DNA of 64,000 bases, taken from the NCBI GenBank assembly GCA_019058315.1, contig JAHPZH010000001.1, positions 503,536 through 567,535 on the forward strand, given 5' to 3'. The notes under the pieces were generated by a model. That model searched no databases. It saw only the letters and a list, made by a program, of their open reading frames with translations, and was not told the DNA's origin. A program made the translations under genes and the position numbers. Below are positions 41,879-50,801 of this stretch, piece by piece (position 1 is the first letter of the stretch; each line of letters opens with the position of its first letter). This DNA is from Candidatus Helarchaeota archaeon (lineage in GTDB: Archaea; Asgardarchaeota; Lokiarchaeia; Helarchaeales; RDOG01).

Positions 41879-43045
41879 TTGACAATTATGTCCCCTTATA
41901 GTTACGGTGACATACCAGATGATTTTCCATCAAAGGTTTTTACTCCATTAGGTGAACATCTCTTCAAGTTATTCAAAGAATTTGGACACGAATATTTTAT
42001 TGGCAAAACTACAACTTCTGAAGTAGGTTTTTTTAGTAAAGCTTCGGAGTTTTTAAGCGAGAAATTTAAAACTGCTGTCAATACGGCTAAAAAAGTCATT
42101 AGTGGTGAGATCCAACATCCTGAAAATGTATTAACAACTTGGTTTTTCCCGCCAGTTATGTATGTTAGATCCGATTTACAAATGGGAAGTACAAAACTCA
42201 TTTATGGGAATTCAACTGATATTACTTTCATATGTATTAATGATGCTAACTATGAACCAGAATTGCTAATTAACGGACATATGGAAGATGGAGTTCCTGT
42301 AGATTATTGGTACATTTTGGGTGAGGATGAAGTCTTTGAAAGAAGACATATTAAATATGGTACGAGATTGCGTGAAATTCCTAGTAAAACAAAAGATTTT
42401 GTAAAAGGTGGATTTCAAATTTTAGACATTCTAAAAGATGTTAGAAACGAGAGAAGCCCACAGTGGTCTGATTCTGCTTATTCGATGTGCATGTTGTGGA
42501 TAACTGGAGCAATTAATATGTTTGTAGAACCCTCTAGTTGGAATGCCTTGGCAGAAATCTGGGATGGAGTAAATGCCAAAAAGATTTATGGTAGACCTGA
42601 TTACTTTTATTGCTATGTTCCTTGGCCACCCGTCATGAATTTATTATTTGCAATGGGTCGACCCGAATTCACAATGCGTCTAACCGGATTATTAACAAAT
42701 CATCAGCTATTTGTTAATGGATTTGAACCAGAGATGATAAATTTTTATAAAGACGTAGTTCCTGAAGTATGGGATTGGTTAATAAATAATATGAAGGAAA
42801 GTGGAGTCCCGACTCCAAGGCAGACTTTAGGTTGCACACCACCTGATCTAAAAGATAAAAAGAAGTTCAAGAACTTAGAATTCGATTGGATCTACCCAGA
42901 AGGAGCTAGAGTTAAGCCTTTTGAATGGGATCTCGCAGATGAAGAAGTATTTAGCGGTATATTTACCGACATATCACACGAAACTCCAGCAGAACAATTT
43001 TATGGTAAAGAACATATAGTTTCTAAGGGAATTGGTGAGGAATAA
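41879..43045 (+). CDS. conserved hypothetical protein (paralog at the window start); candidate subunit of the split dikinase system
   Basis: 388-aa soluble ORF rich in W/P/Y; its C-terminus is homologous to 3..332. Confidence 0.85.
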   Translation: MTIMSPYSYGDIPDDFPSKVFTPLGEHLFKLFKEFGHEYFIGKTTTSEVGFFSKASEFLSEKFKTAVNTAKKVISGEIQHPENVLTTWFFPPVMYVRSDLQMGSTKLIYGNSTDITFICINDANYEPELLINGHMEDGVPVDYWYILGEDEVFERRHIKYGTRLREIPSKTKDFVKGGFQILDILKDVRNERSPQWSDSAYSMCMLWITGAINMFVEPSSWNALAEIWDGVNAKKIYGRPDYFYCYVPWPPVMNLLFAMGRPEFTMRLTGLLTNHQLFVNGFEPEMINFYKDVVPEVWDWLINNMKESGVPTPRQTLGCTPPDLKDKKKFKNLEFDWIYPEGARVKPFEWDLADEEVFSGIFTDISHETPAEQFYGKEHIVSKGIGEE

Positions 43046-43104
43046 TAATAATTTAAAAATATAAAAAATATAATTATGAAAGATAAATATTTGGAGAAAT
43101 TAAA

Positions 43105-43722
43105 TTGAAAACCGCAGGAGAAGTATTGGGAGAATTATTGATAGGCTGTGTTAGAGCACTTACACCTGAAGAACGAGAAAAACTTTATGTTAAACAAAAA
43201 TTAAACGGTAAAATAGTCGAATTTATTTTACCAGACGAACATGAAGCATGTGTTGTCTATTTTGTGGAAGATCCAGTAACTAGATCTTGGCTATCTTATA
43301 AAAGTTATCCAACACCTAGAGTTAAATGTAAGAATTGCAAATGGAAAGGTTTATGGTCCGATCTAAAAGTAGAAGAAGAGGAAATGGATCTAACGGGTAA
43401 AGTGAGCGATTTAGAGCTATTTCACCCTGTTAAAAAAACAGTAATTGAAAAATGCACTATATGTGGTGGTACAAAATTAAAGTATGAAGATTGGAAATTT
43501 GAAAAAGCTGATCTAGTAATTAAAGGTACATTTGCAGACATTGGAGCAGTAGCAGAGGTTACTTTAGGAGGATTTTTTCATAGAATGAGACAATTATTCA
43601 AAGTAATGGGAATGATGATGAAAAAAGAAGTAAGTATTAAACCACTACGTAAGCTTGGAATGGGTATATTAGTTTCGAAGTTAATTACTGGAAAAGTATC
43701 CGAAGATTATAAAGAAGATTAA
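43105..43722 (+). CDS. SCP2-like lipid-binding protein with inserted zinc ribbon
   Basis: KADLVIKGTFADI...MMMKKEVSIK resembles the SCP2 C-terminal half; internal CKNC...CTIC insertion. Confidence 0.55.
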   Translation: MKTAGEVLGELLIGCVRALTPEEREKLYVKQKLNGKIVEFILPDEHEACVVYFVEDPVTRSWLSYKSYPTPRVKCKNCKWKGLWSDLKVEEEEMDLTGKVSDLELFHPVKKTVIEKCTICGGTKLKYEDWKFEKADLVIKGTFADIGAVAEVTLGGFFHRMRQLFKVMGMMMKKEVSIKPLRKLGMGILVSKLITGKVSEDYKED

Positions 43723-43872
43723 ATTGGTAAAATTTTAAATATTTTTTTTATTTTATTTTTATAATAGGTATTTGATTAAAAGTGGGAGATTTTAAATAAT
43801 ATTTTCATAATAGTAATAAATAATACTAGAAATAGTAAATGTAATATAGTGGTGGGTAACTTAATAATTTAG

Positions 43873-44766
43873 GTGAGTTTAGATTTGGCAACAGATTGGT
43901 ACGGTATTAAAAAACAAATTTCTAGTACGATGATGGATTTTGGATTTCGTGTTTATGTATCAATAGCTGATGTCTTTGGAAATCCAAAAATTATGGACGA
44001 AGAAATCGAACCTTTCAAAGATATAGTATGTAAATCAATTAAAATTAATAGTAATTATTTAAATATAGGCGATTATGCAATTCCAATTTCGTCTAAAAAC
44101 CTAATGATCTTTAAAATTTCGGAAAAAGCAGTTGTTGTGTTATTTGCAAATAAAGGAAATATTGCACAATTATTATCTTTTAAGAAAAATATAGATTATT
44201 TTGGTGAGCAAATAGAAAAATTACTAGAGGATATGGAAGCCCCAGAAGTAGAGGTTGAAGTGCCAACAGTAGTTGAGAAAGTTGAAAAAAAATTACCTAG
44301 ACAGATTCTTGGTAAAGAGCTTCCAATTTATACCCCAACTCTCAATAGAGAATTAGATAAAAAGGCAAAATTCACAATGGAAGAAATGCGCATTTTACAT
44401 ATGTGTGATGGTAATAGGGGTTTCTACGAGATTGCCCACGAGGCAAATCAACCTGAGAGTTTTTTATTTGATTTCATAGTTAAAAATATAAAGAAAAAAT
44501 GGCTTGGTCCAAAAGCTTATCCCATTATTGTTCAATGTCCTGATTGTGATTTAACACATTATTTATTTATTCATGAAGATTTATTTGAGCTAGATCCGGA
44601 CCTACTTTCAATTTTAATTCGGTCTGAACGATGCAATCATGAATATGTAGTCTTTCTTAATAAAAAATTAAAATATGAATTACAATCTTTCGGTTATTTT
44701 ACACCATTTCAACAAGATAAATTTATGAAAAAGCTAGGGGAGCACTATTATACTATAATTTCTTAA
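43873..44766 (+). CDS. hypothetical multidomain protein (roadblock/longin-like, wHTH, Zn-binding)
   Basis: N-terminal alpha/beta domain; ILHMCDGNRGFYEIA HTH-like motif; CPDC...CNH. Confidence 0.65.
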   Translation: MSLDLATDWYGIKKQISSTMMDFGFRVYVSIADVFGNPKIMDEEIEPFKDIVCKSIKINSNYLNIGDYAIPISSKNLMIFKISEKAVVVLFANKGNIAQLLSFKKNIDYFGEQIEKLLEDMEAPEVEVEVPTVVEKVEKKLPRQILGKELPIYTPTLNRELDKKAKFTMEEMRILHMCDGNRGFYEIAHEANQPESFLFDFIVKNIKKKWLGPKAYPIIVQCPDCDLTHYLFIHEDLFELDPDLLSILIRSERCNHEYVVFLNKKLKYELQSFGYFTPFQQDKFMKKLGEHYYTIIS

Positions 44767-44810
44767 ACTTCACTTATTAACTTTTTTTTTAAATAAATAA
44801 TATCAATTTT

Positions 44811-46052
44811 TCATTCAACAATATAATAATAAGTAGGATCTACTTTTCTTTGCTTTTTTCGTCTTGAAAACCGCCCAAACCATGGATGTACTCCCATTGG
44901 AAAATTTTTAAACCTTGGTATATAATTTTTAGTCTTTTCAGGTATTTCCCAATTATAATCTAACTCTCTTCCTGCAAAAGCTGTGAAAATAGCTAAAAAA
45001 TTCGAATATAGTGATGCTCCGCTGAGTAAAAGGGTTTCATAATCCCAATTTGCGAATTTTAGATACAATTCAGTCATAGCATCTTGAGTGTATTTTCCAA
45101 CTTGTTCGAAAGTGCTAAATTCGACATTATAAACCTCACCCATCTTTTCAGGATATTTTTGCTCTATAGGTCGTAATAATTCACGATGCCATAAGCCGAT
45201 TGACGTTATTTTACTAGATAATTCTGGAGGGTCTGCAAACATAGTTCCCCAATCATTGAATTCAATTGTTTTCATATTTTTTAATGTATATCCAATTGCT
45301 AGGTTAGGTATTGGAGATTTTGTTTCAGTTTCAGAATGCTCGAATGGGGCTTTTCGCCCTGCATAAATTTCATCTCCTGTATAAAAAAACATAAATTCTT
45401 TAAATAATAAATATTCTCCCGTATCTAATTTATATGGTCCATGTTCAAAAATTCCTGCTCTACATTCGCATTTATCTAAAAAGTTCCAGTTCGTCATTGT
45501 TGCAACTGTTCTCTTAAATTTTTTAATCTGTTCTTTGGTTGGCTTGAACATATCTCCTCGCAATTTCTCAATTAAAGAATTATCTAAGATACGCATATTA
45601 TTATCTTCACTTTGATCTACAAGGAGCTTTTTATCATTTCTATAATAAGGATTTAAATTACGAAAAAAGTCTAATAAAAACTTAGTTTGTTCTTTCTTTT
45701 CTTCAGGTTCTTTTTCTGGTCCACCCATATCGTAAATACATTGTCCCCTCCCATGAAGATATAACATAGCAAAAGATTGAAATGCCAGACCATTTAAAGC
45801 TCCAATAATTGTCTTGCATTTAGGTCCAATTTCTCGTGGGTCACATCCATGATCAACCATATCTTTTACAATATTATATTGGAAATTTTGGTCGTAAAGT
45901 TGGTGGCATGCAACACAAATATAAGTTGAAACTGGAAAAATTTCAGATCCTACTTCGAGTCGCCCTGCCATCAAAGCTCTGTGCACATTGTTTGACATTA
46001 ATTGAATTATTTTATTTGCTTCATCTGTTGTAATATTACTTTTCCAAACCAT
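44811..46052 (-). CDS. conserved hypothetical protein, paralog A; candidate subunit of the split dikinase system
   Basis: 413 aa; aligns end to end with 46624..47856 (YICxACHQLYDQ, DPREIGPKCKT, DKCxCRAGIFEHGPYK, DPTYYYIV). Confidence 0.88.
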   Translation of the reverse strand: MVWKSNITTDEANKIIQLMSNNVHRALMAGRLEVGSEIFPVSTYICVACHQLYDQNFQYNIVKDMVDHGCDPREIGPKCKTIIGALNGLAFQSFAMLYLHGRGQCIYDMGGPEKEPEEKKEQTKFLLDFFRNLNPYYRNDKKLLVDQSEDNNMRILDNSLIEKLRGDMFKPTKEQIKKFKRTVATMTNWNFLDKCECRAGIFEHGPYKLDTGEYLLFKEFMFFYTGDEIYAGRKAPFEHSETETKSPIPNLAIGYTLKNMKTIEFNDWGTMFADPPELSSKITSIGLWHRELLRPIEQKYPEKMGEVYNVEFSTFEQVGKYTQDAMTELYLKFANWDYETLLLSGASLYSNFLAIFTAFAGRELDYNWEIPEKTKNYIPRFKNFPMGVHPWFGRFSRRKKQRKVDPTYYYIVE

Positions 46053-46072
46053 ATAATCACATCTTATTATTA

Positions 46073-46585
46073 TTAAGGAAATTTATTATATTTTGACCAA
46101 ATATTGGGATTTGCACTAAAAAATAACGGAAATACGACAAGAATTATAATTAAAACAATTATTAAACCTGGTAAGATTCCTTTTAATATTAAAGATTTAG
46201 TATCAATTTCTGTTTGATCTTTATAAACAAAGTAAAAGATATAAATCCCTGTAATTATCATAAAAACATGTGCAATTTGTGCTTGAATCATCTCAATTGA
46301 GAAGGGAATTGGAACAAAGAATCCACCGATAGCAAATGTAAAAAGTAAAATAGAAACTGCAATTAAATAATATGCAACTGTTTTGTTCGGTCTATAAATA
46401 TATATAATTAAACCTATAGACGTAGCAACCATAGTTGGAGAACAAATATTCATAATTAACCATTCAAGGACTGTAAAATGTAGAATTAATAAATGACCAA
46501 TAGCTGGAAATATTGTATTGACTACTAATGCAATTACCAAGATTATACCAATCTTCTTATTGAAAATTTCTTTAGTTTGACTCAA
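46073..46585 (-). CDS. hypothetical membrane protein
   Basis: About 5 TM helices; NICSP and AHV motifs; TTG start with GGTGA RBS. Confidence 0.75.
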   Translation of the reverse strand: MSQTKEIFNKKIGIILVIALVVNTIFPAIGHLLILHFTVLEWLIMNICSPTMVATSIGLIIYIYRPNKTVAYYLIAVSILLFTFAIGGFFVPIPFSIEMIQAQIAHVFMIITGIYIFYFVYKDQTEIDTKSLILKGILPGLIIVLIIILVVFPLFFSANPNIWSKYNKFP

Positions 46586-46623
46586 AAATTTTCACCAAAT
46601 AAGAAATAAATAAATTTGATTTA

Positions 46624-47856
46624 TTAATCAACAATATAATAATAAGTTGGGTCTATTTTTCTTTTCTTTTTACCTCTCGTAAATCTTGCTATAAATGGAT
46701 GTGCTCCAAGTGGATATTTTTGAAATTTGGGAATGTAATCATATGTTTTTTTAGGTATTTCCCAATTATATGGAATTTCTGTAAAAATATTAAATAAAGC
46801 TAAAAAATTTGTATAGAGATTCACCCCTGCCATTAATCGTTTAGTATAATCCCATTCCGCGATTTTTATATACAATTCATTTAATGCTGATTGTGCATAT
46901 TTTCCTACTTGCTCAAAAATATCAAAAGAGACTGGTTCAATTTTTCCCATTTTATCTGGATATCTTTGTTTTGTTGGCAATAATAATTCTCGATTCCAAA
47001 ATCCTATCGAGGTTATTTTATCAGAAAAATCGGTTGGATCAATGAATACAGTTCCCCAATCTGTGAATTTAACAGATTTAATATCTTTAACGGTATAAGC
47101 AATAGAAATATTTGAAATCGGAGATTTAGATTTGGTCTCAGATAGACCCAATACTCTCCTCCTCCCTGGATAAAGCTCTTCTCCAGTATATAAAAATAGG
47201 AATTCTTTAAATATCAATAATTCTCCAGAATCCATTTTATAGGGGCCATGTTCGAATATCCCAGCACGACAATCACATTTATCCAAATAGTTATGAGTAG
47301 TTAATATAGCAAGTGTTCTTTTAAATTTCTTAATCTGTTCTTTATTAACTCCAAACATGTCTTCTCTTAATTTTTCAATTAGATCTTTATCTAAAATACG
47401 CATATTTTCGTCTTCACTTTGATCTGCCAAGAGTAGACCATCATTTCGATAATTGGGATTTAAATATTGAAAAAAATCTAAAATAAATTTGGTTTCTTCT
47501 TTTTTTTGTTTAGGCTCATGTTCTGCTCCTCCCCAGTCAAAAATCTTTTGTGCACGACCATGTAAATAAAGCATTGCCAATGATTGAAAACTTAAACCAT
47601 TCAAAAATGCACATAATGTTTTACATTTAGGTCCTATCTCTCTAGGATCACAACCATAGTCTACCATTTTCTTGATAATTTCATATTGAAATGATTGGTC
47701 ATAGAGTTGATGACAAGCAATACATATATATGTAGTAACTGGAAATAATTGCGATTCTATAGCTTCTCTCCCGAAAAGTCCTTTACGGACATTTTCTGAC
47801 ATTATATATATTAATTCATTAGCTCTTTCTGTTGTTATAGTGCTCTTCCAAATCAT
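46624..47856 (-). CDS. conserved hypothetical protein, paralog B; candidate subunit of the split dikinase system
   Basis: 410 aa; paralog of 44811..46052. Confidence 0.88.
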   Translation of the reverse strand: MIWKSTITTERANELIYIMSENVRKGLFGREAIESQLFPVTTYICIACHQLYDQSFQYEIIKKMVDYGCDPREIGPKCKTLCAFLNGLSFQSLAMLYLHGRAQKIFDWGGAEHEPKQKKEETKFILDFFQYLNPNYRNDGLLLADQSEDENMRILDKDLIEKLREDMFGVNKEQIKKFKRTLAILTTHNYLDKCDCRAGIFEHGPYKMDSGELLIFKEFLFLYTGEELYPGRRRVLGLSETKSKSPISNISIAYTVKDIKSVKFTDWGTVFIDPTDFSDKITSIGFWNRELLLPTKQRYPDKMGKIEPVSFDIFEQVGKYAQSALNELYIKIAEWDYTKRLMAGVNLYTNFLALFNIFTEIPYNWEIPKKTYDYIPKFQKYPLGAHPFIARFTRGKKKRKIDPTYYYIVD

Positions 47857-47896
47857 AAATCTCTCTCAAAAAATGAAAAAGATATAGATGTTAAAA

Positions 47897-48895
47897 TTAT
47901 TCCCGCGTTGATATTAAATATTCAGATATTCCATCGCCTTCTTTCCCCTCGCAACTAAAGGATACAATTTGTTCAAAGACTTCAGTTTTCCCTTTTGGAG
48001 AAGGTAATGGGAGGTGTATAGATTCTATAGTATTGGAAACTAAGGTAGTTTTATTTCCTTTCTCATCTGTTAACAAAAATGTTGATGAAACTGGTGTTTT
48101 TCCATCTTCTTTCGTTTTTGTGGAAACATCTACACTTTTTATATGGATATTTCCAACTTTTGTAGATATAAAACCTGTTTGTAGAATTTTTCCTAAAACC
48201 TCTATTCTGGCAATATTTATGGTTTTATCTTCAAATTGTGCCGAGAGCCAATTCCAACGATCTATATTCACCCAATCCCGGGTACCCCAGCTATGATCCC
48301 GGTGTCCAAGGCAATCAATATTTCTAGTTTCCCCAGTTTTCTTTATTACTAAAGTACCCTTTGCTTTCATCCCTTGTTCATAATGTTGCTGAGCTGCGAC
48401 ATCTAACATTTCAACACCATATTTTTCAAGACTCTCTAAAGGGTCTTCATGTGATAGATAGTTGAAAACTGGAAATCTTGCATCAAATGTTATATCTAAC
48501 TTAAATTTTCTGTCCTCAAATTTAACTTTCCATTGTTTCATAGGTTTTGTGCAAATATAATTCAATTTTTTATCATATTCCCAATTATCGGGCATAGTAT
48601 CAATAGCGGGTTGATTTAAATATGCATTAGGGTTTCCATCAACTATTAACACTGCCATTATAGTAGACTTTTTATCAAACATTTCCATAGACCATCGCGT
48701 AAATAAAAAAACGTTATTTTTACGATCAATGAAATTAAAATACCAACTTTCATTATGATTTTCTGGAAATTCCCCAAAATCATGTTTATATTCATCTTCT
48801 TCGGAGATATCTACTCCTTTTTTAATATATTCTAAAAGTTTGCTATCAACTTCAATCCCTTTTTCTTTGAGATATTTTAAGACTTTATCTATCAT
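47897..48895 (-). CDS. CrtC/AttH-like double beta-barrel (lipocalin-like) protein
   Basis: NESWYFNF, HYEQ..K.KGTL, GHRDHSWGTRDW and WNWLS are typical of hydroxyneurosporene-synthase/tocopherol-cyclase-like barrels. Confidence 0.65.
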   Translation of the reverse strand: MIDKVLKYLKEKGIEVDSKLLEYIKKGVDISEEDEYKHDFGEFPENHNESWYFNFIDRKNNVFLFTRWSMEMFDKKSTIMAVLIVDGNPNAYLNQPAIDTMPDNWEYDKKLNYICTKPMKQWKVKFEDRKFKLDITFDARFPVFNYLSHEDPLESLEKYGVEMLDVAAQQHYEQGMKAKGTLVIKKTGETRNIDCLGHRDHSWGTRDWVNIDRWNWLSAQFEDKTINIARIEVLGKILQTGFISTKVGNIHIKSVDVSTKTKEDGKTPVSSTFLLTDEKGNKTTLVSNTIESIHLPLPSPKGKTEVFEQIVSFSCEGKEGDGISEYLISTRE

Positions 48896-49072
48896 TTTAG
48901 ATTGCTCCTATCTTTATCTAATCAAAAAAAAATATTCATTCTTGCTCTAGATTGTAATTTTAACATTTAAGAATTTAGATATTATTATTATTTTACTAAT
49001 TATAAAATTAATAGAAATTATTATATAGAGTTCAAACCAAAATGTTTACTATATCTAAAAGGAGACTAAAAA

Positions 49073-49237
49073 ATGGATGATTATCGTGCACTTTTTATCG
49101 TATTCATGTCTTCAATAGCAGTCTTAGGGATTGTGGCAATAGTATATATCGTATTTTTCAAAAATAATCCCCTTAATCTATTAAGTGATGAAGCTATAAA
49201 CATAATTTTAATAGCTTTATTGTCGCAAGGTAAATAA
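49073..49237 (+). CDS. 54-aa membrane microprotein (not in the ORF track)
   Basis: AAAGGAG RBS, then ATG; MDDYRALFIVFMSSIAVLGIVAIVYIVFFKNNPLNLLSDEAINIILIALLSQGK*. Confidence 0.65.
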   Translation: MDDYRALFIVFMSSIAVLGIVAIVYIVFFKNNPLNLLSDEAINIILIALLSQGK

Positions 49238-49411
49238 TTTATTAATTCACTATTTTTTAATTAATCTTAATGTATAATAATAAGAAATAACTTTATCATT
49301 TGAGTTCAGATGATTTTCTAACTTAATTTGATAAATAAAAAAGTAATTAAATATCAATTTGGTTTATTCTTCAAATAATTAAATGAAAAAAAAATAAAAG
49401 GTGTAATATTT

Positions 49412-49792
49412 TTGGGATATAAGCTAATTGGAAATGGATTAAGTGTCTCTAGTAAAAAAGAAGTTGAGGGGATATTTAGAGCAATCCATACGGTTCAAGA
49501 TGTTATTAAACTAATTAAAGGAACTGGGGATGATGCAGCTGAAGGAAAAATATGCTGGGTGGAACAAGCGGGTGCAACAACTTTAGGTCCAATTTTAAGC
49601 CGTATTTCTGGAGTAGTTTGTCAAACAGGTTCTTCAGGCTCTCATATTGCTATAGTTTCAAGAGAGTATGAATTGCCAGCCCTTATGTCTTGTGTAATAA
49701 AAGGAAATCTTGATGATATTAATGGTAAAAAAGTCAAAATAAGAACTATAGAAGACAGTAACCATGGAGAATTGTTATTGTGGGAAGAGTAA
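49412..49792 (+). CDS. free-standing PEP-utilising enzyme mobile (phosphohistidine swivel) domain
   Basis: GVVCQTGSSGSHIAIVSREYELPA matches the G..SHxAIxxRExxxP signature; the His codon is at 49643. Confidence 0.88.
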   Translation: MGYKLIGNGLSVSSKKEVEGIFRAIHTVQDVIKLIKGTGDDAAEGKICWVEQAGATTLGPILSRISGVVCQTGSSGSHIAIVSREYELPALMSCVIKGNLDDINGKKVKIRTIEDSNHGELLLWEE

Positions 49793-50742
49793 GAATTCAA
49801 AAATTATATGAATTTATTGAAAAAAAAGATTTTAACATTTTAGGGGGAAAAGGAGCGCATTTAGCTAAACTTTTAGATTTAAAAATGCCAGTTCCCTCAG
49901 GGTTTATATTACCAACTACTTGTTTTAAACTTTTTTTAGAAAAATCGGATTATTTTCAAAGAATCATGTCCATTCTTCAAAATCCGATTAATTTTGAAAA
50001 TATCCTTGAAGTCTCTAAACAGCTTCAAGACTCTATTATGTATTCAAAATTTCAAGAAAAATTTTTAATTGCGGTTAAGAATGCATGGGAAGAATTATCC
50101 AAGTATACAAATATTGACTATGTTGCAGTTAGATCCTCTGCAACTGTAGAAGATTTAGAAACTGCTTCATTTGCGGGACAAGCCGAAACATTTTTATGTA
50201 TAGATAATTTAGATGACCTTTTAAAATCCATTAAACAATGTTGGGCTTCTTTATATTCACCAAGTGCTTTAATGTATTGCTTAACAAATAATATTCCAGT
50301 AGAAAAAGTACAAATGGGTGTTATAGTTCAAAAAATGGTTAATTCAGATATTGCTGGGGTTATGTTCACTGCAGATGTGGTAAATAAAGATCCAAGTAAA
50401 ATTCTGATTAATATAACATGGGGATTCGGTGAAACTATAGCGGATGGAAAAGTAGATGCAGATGAAATATTAGTAGATAAAGAAACCTTAGAAATTCTAA
50501 ATATTAGAATTGGTAAAAAAGAATTAATGAGTATTAGAAATGTAAATGCTTGTGGAACTAGAATTATTGAAACTCCACACAATAAAAGAGATTGCTGTTG
50601 CATAACTGAGCAAAAAATTATTGAAATAGCTAAAATTGGATTGGAAATCGAAAAGAAATTTGACCATTATCAAGACATTGAATTTGCTATTGAAAATAAT
50701 GAAATCAAAATTTTACAATCTCGGCCAGTAACTACGATGTAA
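49780..50742 (+). CDS. free-standing PEP synthase/PPDK N-terminal ATP-grasp domain
   Basis: LGGKGAHL, VPSGF, VAVRSSATVED..ASFAGQ.ET, CWAS, VQKMV..AGVMFT, WG.GE, QDIEFA, ILQSRPVT*. Confidence 0.92.
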   Translation: MGRVRIQKLYEFIEKKDFNILGGKGAHLAKLLDLKMPVPSGFILPTTCFKLFLEKSDYFQRIMSILQNPINFENILEVSKQLQDSIMYSKFQEKFLIAVKNAWEELSKYTNIDYVAVRSSATVEDLETASFAGQAETFLCIDNLDDLLKSIKQCWASLYSPSALMYCLTNNIPVEKVQMGVIVQKMVNSDIAGVMFTADVVNKDPSKILINITWGFGETIADGKVDADEILVDKETLEILNIRIGKKELMSIRNVNACGTRIIETPHNKRDCCCITEQKIIEIAKIGLEIEKKFDHYQDIEFAIENNEIKILQSRPVTTM

Positions 50743-50801
50743 GAATTAAAAGGTATATGATATTGGATTTAAAAAAAATAGGATATTGATAGATTCTTTT
50801 T

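Noticed and set aside
49412-50742. Frameshifted or pseudogenised ppsA
   Set aside because: The domain order is reversed relative to PEP synthase, both ORFs are complete domains with intact motifs, and the first has its own RBS.
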